Below are positions 29,694 through 42,001 of a DNA stretch of 64,000 bases, in pieces. The position numbers were made by a program, and so were the translations under genes. The notes below the pieces were generated by a model. It was given only the letters and a program-made list of their open reading frames with translations, was not told the origin of the DNA and made no database searches. The stretch is from an uncultured delta proteobacterium (lineage in GTDB: Bacteria > Myxococcota > Myxococcia > Myxococcales > Anaeromyxobacteraceae): positions 32,001-96,000 of the forward strand of contig CAWFDF010000016.1 of the NCBI GenBank assembly GCA_963814585.1, given 5' to 3'. The first letter of the stretch is position 1, and the number at the start of each line of letters is the position of its first letter.

Positions 29694-30146
29694 ATGAAGC
29701 GACGACTTTTCAGTCCGGCCGAGATCGCGGAGGCGCTGCAGGCGATCGAGGCCGGGGTCCGGGTGCCGGAGGTCTGCCGGCGCCTGGGCGTCTCGGAGGC
29801 CACCCTGGACCGCTGGCGGAGGAAGGCCGGGCTGATGCAGAGGCCGGCGGAGCCGGTGGTGCAGGTGCCGCTCGACCTCGACCAGGCCGCCAACCGGATC
29901 GCTGGGCTGGAGCGGCGGCTCGAGGCCTTCCGCATGGTCCTGGTGACCCTGCTCGAGCCGCCCGCGATGGCGCAGGCCGCCCGGCTCCTCGAGACCAACC
30001 TCTCGGTGAGCGCGCGGCGGGCCAGGCGGCTGCTCGGCCTCCCGCCCGTCAACTCGCCCCAGCTGCCGCGCCTCGAGGTGGGTGAGGACGGCGCCGTGGG
30101 ACCGCCGGCCTCGCCGATCCTGCTCCGGAGCGGGAAGGAGGCCTGA
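29694..30146 (+). mobile_element. IS3-family OrfA-like HTH protein (transposase remnant, no integrase core)
   Basis: FSPAEI...EVCRRLGVSEATLDRWRRK; later VSARRARRLLG resembles the start of OrfB. Confidence 0.6.
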
Positions 30147-30271
30147 TGGACGACGCGCGCGCCCCCTTTGGGTGAACCAGGCCGACACCCCACGAACACG
30201 GGACGGGAACCTGCCGCCGATCTTGGCGGTTTCATTGCGATATCGATCCCGCGCAGGTACCGTGTCGCGCA

Positions 30272-31363
30272 GTGATACCGTTCCCGTGGCGCCACGAAGC
30301 CGACGCCGCCGCGCCCTTTGCGGCGTCAACCGATTATTCCTCCGACGCCGGCTGGCTCTTCCTGTGGTTCCCCACCGCGCCGCCGCTCCAGCGCGCCGCC
30401 GACCTGCTGCGCGACACCGCGCATGACACCACGCTGTCCCGCTCCTGCCTCCAGGTGCGCATCGCCCCGGACGGGCTCGAGACCTGTGTCCAGCTCCTCG
30501 GGTCCGGGCTCGGCGAGGCGGTGGCGCGCCGCGCCCGCGCGCTGGTGATCCCCGGCGGCGAGCGGCCCACGCTCGACGATTTCGGCCGCATCACTTCGCT
30601 GCACGAGCTCAACGTGGCGGCGCAGACCGGCTGGCTGCTCGGCCAGTTCGAGTCGGGCAGCATCACCAGCCACTTCCACCCCATCGTCCACGCCGGCGAC
30701 ACCACGCGGGTCTTCGCCCACGAGGCGCTGCTGCGCGGCCGCGGGCGCGACGGCAAGCCGCTGGAGCCGCTCACCGTCCTGCAGCGGGCGCGCGAGGCCG
30801 GGCTCTTCCAGGAGCTCGACCTGGCCGCTTGCTGCTGCGCCATCCGCGAGTCGGCCTACCTGGCCGACGACGTCACCGTCTTCATCAACTTCTCGCCGGC
30901 CATGATGGACGACGCCAAGAGCTGCCTCAGGGCCACGGTGGCGGCCATCGAGTCCGCCGGGATGGCGCCGCAGCGCTTCGTCTTCGAGGTCATCGAGGCC
31001 GACCGCATCGAGGACGCCGACCACCTCAACGACGTGCTCGACTGCTACCGGAGCGACGGCTTCCGGGTCGCCCTCGACGACCTGGGCGCCGGCTGGTCCA
31101 CCCTCAACCTGGTCCACCGGCTGCGCCCGGACTTCATCAAGCTCGATCGCGAGCTGATCAAGGACGTGCACGCCGACCGCGTCAAGGACCTGATCGCCAG
31201 CAAGCTGCTCGAGATCGGCCACGGCCTCGGCATCAAGACCATCGTCGAGGGCGTGGAGCAGGAGCAGGAGCTGGAGTGGGCGCGGCAGCGCGGCGCCGAC
31301 TTCGTGCAGGGGTTCCTCATCGCCAGGCCGGGTCCGAGCGCCCGGCCGGTGGCGCGGGGGTGA
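30272..31363 (+). CDS. EAL-domain c-di-GMP phosphodiesterase
   Basis: HEALLR, FINFS, FEVIE, DDLGAGWS, IKLDR, EGVE. Confidence 0.9.
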   Translation: MIPFPWRHEADAAAPFAASTDYSSDAGWLFLWFPTAPPLQRAADLLRDTAHDTTLSRSCLQVRIAPDGLETCVQLLGSGLGEAVARRARALVIPGGERPTLDDFGRITSLHELNVAAQTGWLLGQFESGSITSHFHPIVHAGDTTRVFAHEALLRGRGRDGKPLEPLTVLQRAREAGLFQELDLAACCCAIRESAYLADDVTVFINFSPAMMDDAKSCLRATVAAIESAGMAPQRFVFEVIEADRIEDADHLNDVLDCYRSDGFRVALDDLGAGWSTLNLVHRLRPDFIKLDRELIKDVHADRVKDLIASKLLEIGHGLGIKTIVEGVEQEQELEWARQRGADFVQGFLIARPGPSARPVARG

Positions 31364-31364
31364 C

Positions 31365-33609
31365 GTGCACCCGCGCCTGCGCCGCCAGCTCGCCGAGCTG
31401 CTCGATGCCGACGAGGCCACCCGGCCCTCGCTGAAGCGGCTGTGGCGGGAGATCGAGGCCGAGTACCGCCGGGCCGACCAGGACCACGCCGCGCTGGAGC
31501 ACGCCCTCGCCCTGGTGACCGGCCTGGTGCGCCCGCCCGCCGCGCCCGAGGCGTCTCCGTCGCCGCTCCAAGGCCACGCCGCTGTCCCGGCTGCGCCGCC
31601 AGCTCTTCGAGCGGGCCCCCTTCGCCGCCCTCCTCTGCGACCGGCACCTGCAGGTGCTGGCCTGGAACGGCGCCGCCGAGCGCCAGTTCGGCCACGCCGG
31701 GAAGGACGCGGTGGGGCGGAGGCTGGCCGACCTGCTCTTCTCCGAGAACGACCGGGCCGCGGTGCAGCGCGAGCTGCTGGGGCACCTCGAGCGCGGCGAG
31801 GTCGACCAGTCGCTTCGGGTCGCCTCGCGCCGCTCCGGAGAGGCCCGCCTCGACGAGTGGACGCTGGTGCCGCTGCCGGACCGGGACGGGCACCCCATGG
31901 GCGCCGCCATCCTGGTGCGGGAGCCCTTCGCCTCCGACGACCGCTACGCGGTGGCCTGGCAGGGGACCGGCGACGGCATCTTCGACTGGGACCTGCGCTC
32001 GGACCAGCTCTGGCTCTCCAGCACCTGGCTCGAGCTGGTGGGGCTGAAGCAGGGCAGCGGCGCCCCCGCGGACTGGATGGACCGCATCCACGCCTCCGAC
32101 CGCGAGGCGGTCCAGACGGCCATGCGCGCCCACCTGCAGGGCGGGTCGCCCCGCTTCGAGAGCGAGCACCGCCTCCACCACGCCGACGGCAGCTGGCGCT
32201 GGGTGCTGGCGCGGGCCGGCGCGGTGCGCGACGCCGGCGGCAAGGCCATCCGCCTGTGCGGGTCGATGATGGACGTGACCGAGCGCCGGGCCGCCGCCGA
32301 CCGGGTGGTGCACGACGCCCTGCACGACCCGCTCACCGGCCTGCCCAACCGGGCCATGTTCCTGGACCTGATCAAGCGCTCCTTCGCCCGCACCCGGCGG
32401 CGCGAGAGCTACGCCTTCGCGGTCCTCTTCCTCGACCTCGACCACTTCAAGTCGGTCAACGACGGCCTGGGCCACGCCGCCGGCGACGACCTGCTGATCC
32501 AGACCACGCGCCGGCTGCAGACCTGCCTGCGCGAGGGCGACACCCTGGCCCGCATGGGCGGCGACGAGTTCACCGTCCTGGTGGACGACGTCAAGGGCGT
32601 GGTGGACGCCGAGGCGGTGGCGGAGCGCATCCGCCAGGCCACCTCGCTGCCCTTCCACATCGGCACCCACGAGGTCTTCTCCACCGTCAGCATCGGCATC
32701 GCCATCTCGTCGCCGGCCTACGGCCGCCACGAGGACCTGCTGCTCGACGCCGACACCGCCATGTACCGGGCCAAGGCCCAGGGGCGGGCGCGCTGCGTGG
32801 TCTTCGACGGGAACGTGCGGGAGCGGGCGCCGCAGCTCCTCGACCTGGAGACCGACCTGCGCAACGCCCTGCAGCGGCAGGAGTTCCGCGTCCAGTACCT
32901 GCCGGTGGTGGACGTCGCCACCGGGCGCATCCAGGGGCTGGAGGCGCTGGTGCGCTGGGCCCACCCCAAGCGCGGCATGATGGCGCCGGACCAGTTCGTC
33001 CCCTTCGCCGAGGAGACCGGCCTGATCGTGCCCATCGGCCGCTGGCTCCTCCAGCAGGCCGGCAAGGACCTGCAGCGCTGCCGGAAGGCCCCCTCCGCCA
33101 AGCGCCTCATGCTCCACGTCAACCTCTCCTCCAAGCAGCTGCTGCAGGGGGACCTGCTCGAGAACATCGACGACGTGGTCCACGAGCACCACATGGAGCC
33201 GGCCGACCTCGCCCTGGAGCTCTCCGAGAGCGTCCTGCGCCAGTCGGAGGATTCGCCGCGCCGGCTGGCCCAGCTGCACAGCCACGGCGTCAAGCTGTTC
33301 ATGGACGACTTCGGATCCGGCTCCTCGTCGATCCGCTCGCTGCACCAGTTCGAGTGCGACTCGGTCAAGATCGACCGCTCCCTCTTCACCGGCGGGGCAC
33401 CGCGCGGCGAGGCGCCCGAGCTGGTGCGCACCATCATGGCCCTGGCCCGCGACATGGGGAAGCCGGTGGTCGCCGAGGGCGTCGAGACGGCGGAGCAGTT
33501 CCGCTTCCTGCGCGAGGTGGGCTGCAGCGCGGCCCAGGGCTACTTCTTCTCACCGCCCATCGACGGCGACGCCGCGGTCACGCTGCTGGAGAAGAACGCC
33601 CGCTGGTGA
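31365..33609 (+). CDS. PAS-PAS-GGDEF-EAL protein (+1 frameshift near 31550)
   Basis: PAS/PAC motifs, HDPLTGLPNR, GGDEF, EALVRW, DDFGSG. Confidence 0.9.
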
Positions 33610-33864
33610 GCTCCGGGCGGCCTGGGCCACCCCCGGCGTCAGGCCCAGCGGCGTCAGCGCGTCGCTCCCGGCCGCGATGCAGGCGGCGAACTGCCCGGGC
33701 GAGCGCAGCGGCGTGCCGTTGGAGGCGTCCTCGGCGGCGAACTCGATCACCACCGCCTCGATGCCGGAGAGCTGGCGCGACCGGCCCAGCAGGACGCCGC
33801 CGTGCTCCCGGTAGAAGTTGCCATAGGACTGGCAGTAGAGCTGGTAGAGCTGTGCGGTGTACAC
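33550..33864 (-). CDS. Small hypothetical protein (3' end uncertain)
   Basis: RBS GGAGG plus GTG at 33864; protein-like VYTAQLYQLYCQSYGNFYREHG. Confidence 0.35.
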   Translation of the reverse strand: MYTAQLYQLYCQSYGNFYREHGGVLLGRSRQLSGIEAVVIEFAAEDASNGTPLRSPGQFAACIAAGSDALTPLGLTPGVAQAARSSPAGVLLQQRDRGVAVDGR

Positions 33865-34094
33865 GGTCGCCTCCCGCCGGCGCCGCTCCCAGCCCGCCCT
33901 CCACGCCCTCCCGATGCGCCAGCCACCTCGAATATGATCTCCTCCCCCGATCGGCGCAAGCCCTGCCAGGCGACGGTACCGTGACAGATGGTGCGGATCG
34001 ATGTCGCACCCCGGCAGCGCGCGCCGCCTGGCTTGCGCTCGGCGCGGCCAGGCGGCGTGCGCCGAGGCCGTGACCGGCCCGGGCGCGTGGCGGC

Positions 34095-35159
<1,065 letters not shown>

Positions 35160-35319
35160 TCATGGCCCGGCGCGGGCCGGGGCACATCCCCAATCCCCGG
35201 GCGCTCTGGCCCTGGCGACGGGCAGCGTCCGCACGGGACGCGCGCCCCCGGAATGGAGGACGGGCGGCGGGGTCACCGCCGCCCGCCTGGGGGAGCGCCG
35301 CGCTGGAGCCGGGGCGAGG

Positions 35320-36546
35320 CTACTTGCCGCCGCCCGCCAGGTCGCGCCGGTAGGTGATGCCGGCCGAGAGGATCCAGGCGTTGGTCTGGTACGAGCCCGG
35401 GAAGGCCTCGCCGGTGGCGGTCACCTCGTCGAACAGGGCGTAGAAGAAGGCCGCGTTGGCGGTGAGGTTGGGGCTGAAGGCGTAGCCGGCGCCCACCGAG
35501 CCGGCCCAGGAGTCGCCGTCGGGCAGGCTCGGCGAGTAGGTGTCGGTCTTGAAGCCGGACAGGTCGCGCAGCAGGCCGGCCCGCAGGTTCAGCTTCTCGT
35601 TGGCGGCGTACTCGACGCCGAACCGGTAGGTCTGCCCGTTGCCGTAGTCGCGGGGGACCTCGATGACGACGCCCTTGTCGCCGACGAAGGTGTCGGCCTC
35701 GTACACCTCGTACCAGGTGTAGGTGAAGCCGGCGGTGACGAGGACCGGCTTGGCCACCTGCCAGGCCACGGCCGCGTTGAGCACGGCCGGGAAGGTCAGG
35801 TCGTGGGTGACGCCCTGGTCCTGCACCGAGGTCGCCAGCGCCGGAGGGACCTGGAAGTGGCCGTCGCCCTCGAGCGTCATGGCCCCCTGGTACTTGTAGT
35901 CCACCGCCAGGGTCAGCGGCTGGATGGGCTGGTACTCGGCCGAGACGTCGAAGGAGAAGGCGCCACCGGCCGTGGAGAGCTCGCCGTAGGCGTCGGGGAA
36001 GGGCTGGATGCCCTGCTTCAGGTACTCGGTGGTGTAGTAGTAGACGAGGCCGCCGCCGAGCCGCAGCTGCGGGATGAGCTCGTAGCCACCGGTCAGGTAG
36101 AGGCCGTAGACCTTGCGGTCGACCTCGATGATGGCGCCGCGGCCGGCCCACTGCGGGTCCCAGTTGACGTTGCCGCCGCCCGGGACGTTGAGGCCGAAGC
36201 CGACGCCGGCCCGCCGCCCGCCCAGGTCGAAGCCGTAGGAGGCGAAGAGCGCCACCGGCGGCACGGGGGCGAAGTCGGTGGTCTCCGGGGACGGCGCGAG
36301 GCCGCTGCCGGCCGGGGCGGTCCACTCGGTGGTCAGCACCAGCATGGAGGCGTTGAGGGACAGGTTGAGCCCGGGCAGGCGGGCCAGCCCGGCCGGCATG
36401 GCGTAGGCAGCGCCGGCGTCGTTCTGGGCGGCGTCGGCCGAGCCGGACAGCGACAGGTCGCGGGGGGCGACGTTGGGGACGTCGTAGCCGTTGGCCAGCG
36501 TGACGGCCGGGAGGACCAGCGCGGCGAGCAGGATGATCTTCTTCAT
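35320..36546 (-). CDS. FadL/OmpP1-family outer-membrane long-chain fatty-acid transporter
   Basis: Signal peptide, mature NGY start, YAMPAGL (NPA-like), PSLPD, beta-barrel pattern. Confidence 0.8.
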   Translation of the reverse strand: MKKIILLAALVLPAVTLANGYDVPNVAPRDLSLSGSADAAQNDAGAAYAMPAGLARLPGLNLSLNASMLVLTTEWTAPAGSGLAPSPETTDFAPVPPVALFASYGFDLGGRRAGVGFGLNVPGGGNVNWDPQWAGRGAIIEVDRKVYGLYLTGGYELIPQLRLGGGLVYYYTTEYLKQGIQPFPDAYGELSTAGGAFSFDVSAEYQPIQPLTLAVDYKYQGAMTLEGDGHFQVPPALATSVQDQGVTHDLTFPAVLNAAVAWQVAKPVLVTAGFTYTWYEVYEADTFVGDKGVVIEVPRDYGNGQTYRFGVEYAANEKLNLRAGLLRDLSGFKTDTYSPSLPDGDSWAGSVGAGYAFSPNLTANAAFFYALFDEVTATGEAFPGSYQTNAWILSAGITYRRDLAGGGK

Positions 36547-36559
36547 GTCGTAACCTCGC

Positions 36560-39500
36560 CTACGGCAGGGTCACGGTCGCCGCGGGCGCCGTGAGATCAA
36601 GGAGGAAGAGGGAGGCGTCGGCCTGGACCACCGGGCTGGTGGCCAGCATGGAGTGCGAAACCGGGGTGCCGCCGGCGCCCTGGTAGAGCGTGGTCAGGCC
36701 GAAGCTGAGCCCGTCCAGCAGGTAGTTCGCCGAGTTGGGGACCACGGTGTCGCCGAGGGCGACCTGCGAGAAGATCTCCTTGGCGGCCTGGGCCACCGAG
36801 CCGGCCGGGTCGGCCAGCAGGTCGGGCAGCGGCGCGGCGCGCAGGTGGAGCGCGTAGTTGATGGGATCGCCCGGGTCCATGACCCACTTGGCGATGTTGA
36901 TGATCTGCATGAAGGCCGCGGCGACGACGGGGTCGAACGTGGGGCTGGCCGGATCGATCATGCCGAAGGAGAAGGCGGTGCCGGGCGGCAGCGCCCCGGC
37001 GGCCTGGAGCAGCCCGGTGAAGAGCGGCGCCAGCGCCACCTGGAAGGTCGGCGAGGTGATGCCGATGTCCACGAAGGTGCCGCCGCCCACCGACATGGCG
37101 GCGCGGGAGTAGCGGGGATTGGTGGCCACCACGCTGGTGCCGCCGATGGAGCCCAGGCTGAGCCCCTCGTAGTAGGCCGTGGTCGGGTCGACCACGATCC
37201 CCGACGCCAGCAGCGCCGAGGCGAACGGGTTGGCGGCCGGCTGGATCGGGTAGCCCGGGGCCGGCGGGCGGGCCAGGGCCAGGACCAGCGCCGCCTGGTC
37301 GAGCAGGTTCTGCCGGAAGGCGTCCCGCATGCGGAAGAAGTTGGCCGAGAGGAAGTAGCGGGAGGCGACCAGGCCGGGCGTGGTGCCGGCGCCGCAGACG
37401 CCAGGCGGGACCGCGTCACCCTGGCCGGCGCTCCCGGCGAAGGCGCCGGACTTGTCGCAGGCGCCGGCCGGGGGGATGCCGCCGGTGGCGGCGTCGATGC
37501 AGTCGGTGTCGGCGGCGCACCAGTTGCGGCCGCCGTGGAGCGGGAAGTCGATGGCCGCCGCCACGAAGCCGCGCTGGGCCAGCGAGGAGGCGGTGGCGAA
37601 GAGGTGCTCCTTGGAGCCGTTGAGGCCGTGGCCGAAGACCACCAGCCGGGCGCAGCGGGCGCCGCTGCCGCCCGGGCAGAGGGGGACCACCGCCGGATCC
37701 GGGAAGGCCACCAGCGCGTGCAGCTCGGTGAGGAGCGTCGGGAGGACCGCCGGGTTGGCGAGGTCGCTGGCCAGCGTCGGGCGCAGGGCGCCGGTGCCCT
37801 TGTCGATGGCGTCGACGCTCTTGAACCGCACGTCGTAGAAGCCGGCCACGCCGGTGAGGGGCGTCCCCACCGGCGGCGTCACCGCGACCAGGGCGGCGTC
37901 CGGCGTGAAGATGGCGGTCGCGGCGCCGGCCTCGATGGAGTAGGGCGCCGCCGAGAGCGCCAGCGAGGTGCCGACGATGCTCTGGGTCTTGAAGGTGTAG
38001 GCGGTGGCCACGTCGTTCTTGGTGGTGCCGGCGGGCAGCAGGCCCGGGCCCCAGACCGGCTCGAGCGCGGCCTGCATGTCGGCCAGCGCCCTGGCGGTGG
38101 CGTCGCCGACGCCGGGGATGTCCGAGCTGCCATCGGCCTTCAGGATGTGGGTGAACTCGAGGATGATCTTGGCGACGGTGGGACGGACGAAGGGCCGGCC
38201 GAGGACGTCCTTGACGCGGCCGGTGATGACCACGCCGTAGAGGGTGTCCTGCTGGAGCGGCGGGAGCTCGAAGGTGCCGACGCCGGCCACCGGCGCGTGG
38301 GCGGCCGGCTGCAAGGCGACGACCGAGGTGCAGCCGCCGGCGATCGGGCAGCCGGCCTCGCCCTGCTTGGCGGAGAGGTTGGGGGGCCCGGCGATGTAGC
38401 CGGCGGTCGTGCCGTTCCCGCCGCCGCGGAGGTCCGACCCCAGCTCCTTGACCAGCGACGCCGAGTAGGTGGGCGGCGTGGTGGAGGCGTCCTTGGTGAT
38501 CCTGTAGAGGAAGACGTTCTCCCCGCGGACCGTGCTGGCGTCGACCGGGACCGAGGTCTGGGCCAGGATGGTGGCGGTGGTGGAGAAGCCGTCGAGCGTG
38601 GCGATGCCCCCGGCCAGCGGGCCGAAGGCCGGGTTCTGGGCGATGGTGCCGTTGGGGCCGGTGCGGAGCAGGTCGATGGGCAGCGGGGCCTGGCCCGAGC
38701 CGGCGTCGATGAGCACCACCGGGCCGGTCGAGGGGGCGGTGCCGAAGGTGGCGATGGTGGCGGTCTCGGCGTGGGGGAAGGCCGCGCCGATGGCCGTGAA
38801 GGCCGGGGTGACGCTGGCGCTGGGCGCCGGCCTCCAGGTGCCGCTGGCGTTGCTCCAGGTGAGCGGCTGCCAGGTGGCGGCGCGCAGCGTCTCCAGCGAG
38901 GAGATCTCGTCGTTGTTGGTGCCGTTCTGGTTGGAGTCGGGGATGGCGCCGAGCGGCTGGTTCTCGGTGAGGGTCAGGTCCTTGTTGGGGATGACCAGGG
39001 CCACCGCCGAGTCGGCGCTGAGGGCCAGTCCGCCGGTGGTCTTGACGCCGCTGGCGCCGCCGCGAACGGCGACGGCGTAGCGGGCGCCGGCCTCCCAGCG
39101 ACGGCCGTTGGCGTCGGCCCTCTTGCGGAGGGTGAGCAGGCCGGGAGCGACCACGGCGTCATAGGCCACGGCCACGGGCGGGGCCACGTCGACGCGCATG
39201 ATGGCGACCGTCGCGGCGGTGATGGTGGCGGGGTCGAGGCTGGGCGGCGCCGCCGGAGCGTAGTGGCCGTAGGGGTACGCCGCCGTCGGGATCGCGTCCC
39301 AGCGCACCGCGTTGACCGGGATCGAGATCGGCACCTCCTGGTCGCTGGGGAAGCCGCCGGCCTTCACGAAGGTGCAGAGCAGCTGCGCCTGGCCGTCGGG
39401 CAGCACCGAGCAGGGCACGCCCGGCACCTGGGCCAGCGCCAGGTCGTTCGGGGTCGGGATCACGGGCGACGAGAAGGTCGCGAAGACCAGGTCCGGCGCC

Positions 39501-39577
39501 TGCGGCTCCTGCGTGGCGCTCTTGCAGGCGGCGAGCGCGAGGACGAGGACCAGGCTTGCGGCGCGGCGAAGTGACAT
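36560..39577 (-). CDS. Large lipoprotein lipase, Pla-1/Cef/VolA-like alpha/beta hydrolase
   Basis: Lipobox LAAC; PTPNDL, LDGFST, GHGLNG, IDFPLHG, GLSLG nucleophile, DPINYA. Confidence 0.8.
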   Translation of the reverse strand: MSLRRAASLVLVLALAACKSATQEPQAPDLVFATFSSPVIPTPNDLALAQVPGVPCSVLPDGQAQLLCTFVKAGGFPSDQEVPISIPVNAVRWDAIPTAAYPYGHYAPAAPPSLDPATITAATVAIMRVDVAPPVAVAYDAVVAPGLLTLRKRADANGRRWEAGARYAVAVRGGASGVKTTGGLALSADSAVALVIPNKDLTLTENQPLGAIPDSNQNGTNNDEISSLETLRAATWQPLTWSNASGTWRPAPSASVTPAFTAIGAAFPHAETATIATFGTAPSTGPVVLIDAGSGQAPLPIDLLRTGPNGTIAQNPAFGPLAGGIATLDGFSTTATILAQTSVPVDASTVRGENVFLYRITKDASTTPPTYSASLVKELGSDLRGGGNGTTAGYIAGPPNLSAKQGEAGCPIAGGCTSVVALQPAAHAPVAGVGTFELPPLQQDTLYGVVITGRVKDVLGRPFVRPTVAKIILEFTHILKADGSSDIPGVGDATARALADMQAALEPVWGPGLLPAGTTKNDVATAYTFKTQSIVGTSLALSAAPYSIEAGAATAIFTPDAALVAVTPPVGTPLTGVAGFYDVRFKSVDAIDKGTGALRPTLASDLANPAVLPTLLTELHALVAFPDPAVVPLCPGGSGARCARLVVFGHGLNGSKEHLFATASSLAQRGFVAAAIDFPLHGGRNWCAADTDCIDAATGGIPPAGACDKSGAFAGSAGQGDAVPPGVCGAGTTPGLVASRYFLSANFFRMRDAFRQNLLDQAALVLALARPPAPGYPIQPAANPFASALLASGIVVDPTTAYYEGLSLGSIGGTSVVATNPRYSRAAMSVGGGTFVDIGITSPTFQVALAPLFTGLLQAAGALPPGTAFSFGMIDPASPTFDPVVAAAFMQIINIAKWVMDPGDPINYALHLRAAPLPDLLADPAGSVAQAAKEIFSQVALGDTVVPNSANYLLDGLSFGLTTLYQGAGGTPVSHSMLATSPVVQADASLFLLDLTAPAATVTLP

Positions 39578-39651
39578 CGGGATCTCCTCGTGACGGAGAG
39601 TCACGGCGGTGGACGGGCTGCGACCAGGTGATCCCCTGATCTGGGTCACAC

Positions 39652-39666
39652 TGACACCGAAGTCAA
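39652..39666 (-). promoter_or_regulatory. Candidate palindromic operator overlapping a -35-like hexamer upstream of lipase-fadL
   Basis: TGAC-ACCGAA-GTCA; TTGACT on the minus strand. Confidence 0.3.
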
Positions 39667-39723
39667 CGATTCATGGCTGACGCGTCGCGTCGGTCCGGAG
39701 TGAAGCGCCGGCTCGCGGCGCCC

Positions 39724-41049
39724 TCAGATGCGGCGCCGGTCGACCACCCTGCGGGCCTGCCCCTCGCTCCGCGCCAGCGTGCGCGGGGCCACCAGCGTCA
39801 CCTTCACGCGCAGGCCGATGGCCCCTTCGACGGCGTCGGCCAGCAGGGCCTGCTGGCGCGCCAGCTCGCCCAGCCGGTCGGAGAAGAAGGCGGCGGTCAC
39901 CTCGACCTGCACCTCCATCTCGTCGAGCGCCCTCTCGCGGGTGAGCACGATCTGGTAGTGCGGCAGCGTCCCCTCCACCGCCAGCAGCGCCGCCTCCACC
40001 TGCGAGGGGAAGACGTTGATGCCCCGGACGATGAACATGTCGTCGGAGCGGCGGCCGATACGCCGGATGCGCCGCAGGGTCCGGCCGCAGCGGCAGGCGC
40101 CGATGCTGATGGCGGTCAGGTCGCGGGTCCGGTAGCGGACCAGCGGCATGGCCTGCTTGGAGAGCGTGGTCAGCACCAGCTCCCCCTCGGCGCCGTCGGG
40201 GAGCACCGCCCCCGACTCGGGGTCGATGACCTCCGGGTAGAAGTGGTCCTCGAAGACGTGCAGGCCGTCGAGCTGGGCGCACTCGACGCCCACGCCGGGG
40301 CCGATGATCTCGGAGAGGCCGTAGAGGTCGTGGGCGCGGATGCCGCTCTCGGCCATGATGTGGCGGCGCATCTCCTCGCTCCACGGCTCGGCGCCGAGGA
40401 TCCCCACCCGGAGCCGGCCGAAGGAGACCTTCGCCTCGCGGGCCCGCTCGATGAGGTGGACCAGGTAGGAGGGCGTGCAGCAGATGGCGGTGACGCCGAA
40501 GTCCTGCAGCACCATGAGCTGCCGCTCGGTGTTGCCGCCGGAGATGGGGATGACCGTGGCGCCCAGCGCCTCGGCGCCGTAGTGGGCGCCCAGCCCGCCG
40601 GTGAAGAGGCCGTACCCGTAGGCGTTCTGCACCACGTCGCCGGCGTGCAGCCCGCAGGCGGCGAGGGCGCGCACCATCACGCTGGTCCAGACCGCCAGGT
40701 CGGCCTCGGTGTAGGCCACCACCACGGGCTTGCCGGTGGTGCCCGAGGAGGCGTGGAGCCGGACGATCTCCTCCATGGGGGAGGCGAAGAGGCCGAACGG
40801 GTAGGCCGCCCGCAGGTCGTCCTTCACCGTGAAGGGGAGGCGGCCGAGGTCGGCGAGGGACCGGAGGTGGCCGGGGGCGAGGCCGCGCTCCTCCAGCCGC
40901 CGGCGGAAGAGCGGCACCCGCTCCCAGCTGCGGCGGACCACCGCCTGGAGCCGGGCCAGCTGCAGCGCCTCGAGTTGCGGGCGCGGCAGGAAGTCGGGGG
41001 CGCTGGCGGGGTGGAAGGCCCCTGGGGCGTCGTCGAAGCGGGTGGTCAT
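39724..41049 (-). CDS. paaK: Phenylacetate-CoA ligase family protein
   Basis: HASSGTTGKP, YGLFTGGLG, GAEPWS, YGLSE, RYRTRD. Confidence 0.9.
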   Translation of the reverse strand: MTTRFDDAPGAFHPASAPDFLPRPQLEALQLARLQAVVRRSWERVPLFRRRLEERGLAPGHLRSLADLGRLPFTVKDDLRAAYPFGLFASPMEEIVRLHASSGTTGKPVVVAYTEADLAVWTSVMVRALAACGLHAGDVVQNAYGYGLFTGGLGAHYGAEALGATVIPISGGNTERQLMVLQDFGVTAICCTPSYLVHLIERAREAKVSFGRLRVGILGAEPWSEEMRRHIMAESGIRAHDLYGLSEIIGPGVGVECAQLDGLHVFEDHFYPEVIDPESGAVLPDGAEGELVLTTLSKQAMPLVRYRTRDLTAISIGACRCGRTLRRIRRIGRRSDDMFIVRGINVFPSQVEAALLAVEGTLPHYQIVLTRERALDEMEVQVEVTAAFFSDRLGELARQQALLADAVEGAIGLRVKVTLVAPRTLARSEGQARRVVDRRRI

Positions 41050-41080
41050 GAACGGGAAACCATCATAGACAGGGGCGACG

Positions 41081-42001
41081 ATGAAACCCATCACCACGCT
41101 CGATCGGCTGCTGGCGGAGGCCTGCGCCCGCGGGCCGCGCCGGCTGGTGGTGGCGGCGGCCGAGAGCGAGACGGCGCTGCAGGCGGTGGTGCTGGCCCGC
41201 CGCCAGCGGCTGGCGGAGGTGAGCCTGGTGGGCCACCGGGCCGCCCTCGGCGCCGCGCTCACGGCCATGGGCGAGGACCCGGCCCACTTCGACCTCCGCC
41301 CCGCCGCCGACGACCTCGACGCCGCCCGGCGGGCGGTGGCCATGGTGCGGGGCGGCGAGGCGGCCGTCCTCATGAAGGGGCGGCTCTCCACCGCCGACCT
41401 GCTGCGCGCCGTGCTGGACCGGGCCAGCGGCCTGCGCACCGGCCAGCTCCTCTCCGACGTGCTGGTGGCCGACCACCCGCTCTCGCGCGAGCGGCGCCTG
41501 CTGGGGGTGACCGACGGCGGCATCAACGTGGCGCCGACGCTGGACCAGAAGCGGGCCATCATCGAGAACGCCGCCGCGCTCTTCCGCCGGCTCGGCCACG
41601 CCCGGCCGCGCATCGCCTGCCTCTGCGCGGCCGAGGTGGTCACGCCCGCCATGCCCCACACCCAGGAGGCGGCGGCCCTGGCCGAGCTGAACGCCCGCGG
41701 CGAGCTGGCCGGCTGCGAGGTCTCCCCGCCGCTGGCGCTCGACAACGCGCTCTCGCCGGAGGCGGCCGAGCTGAAGGGGATCACCCATCCGGTGGCGGGG
41801 CGGGCCGACGTCCTGCTGGCCCCCACCATCGAGACCGGCAACGCCCTCGGCAAGGCCTTCACCTACCTGGCCCACGCCCACGTGGCCCACGTCATCGTCG
41901 GGGCCCGGGTGCCGGTGCTCATCCCCAGCCGCGCCGAGCGGGCCGAGGACAAGCTCCTCTCCATCGCCCTGGGCATGCTGGCGGCCGGAGCCGAGCCGTG
42001 A
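41081..42001 (+). CDS. ptb: Phosphate butyryl/acyltransferase
   Basis: LMKG, TDGGINVAP, ALDNA, GNALGK, SRA; adjacent to buk. Confidence 0.85.
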   Translation: MKPITTLDRLLAEACARGPRRLVVAAAESETALQAVVLARRQRLAEVSLVGHRAALGAALTAMGEDPAHFDLRPAADDLDAARRAVAMVRGGEAAVLMKGRLSTADLLRAVLDRASGLRTGQLLSDVLVADHPLSRERRLLGVTDGGINVAPTLDQKRAIIENAAALFRRLGHARPRIACLCAAEVVTPAMPHTQEAAALAELNARGELAGCEVSPPLALDNALSPEAAELKGITHPVAGRADVLLAPTIETGNALGKAFTYLAHAHVAHVIVGARVPVLIPSRAERAEDKLLSIALGMLAAGAEP

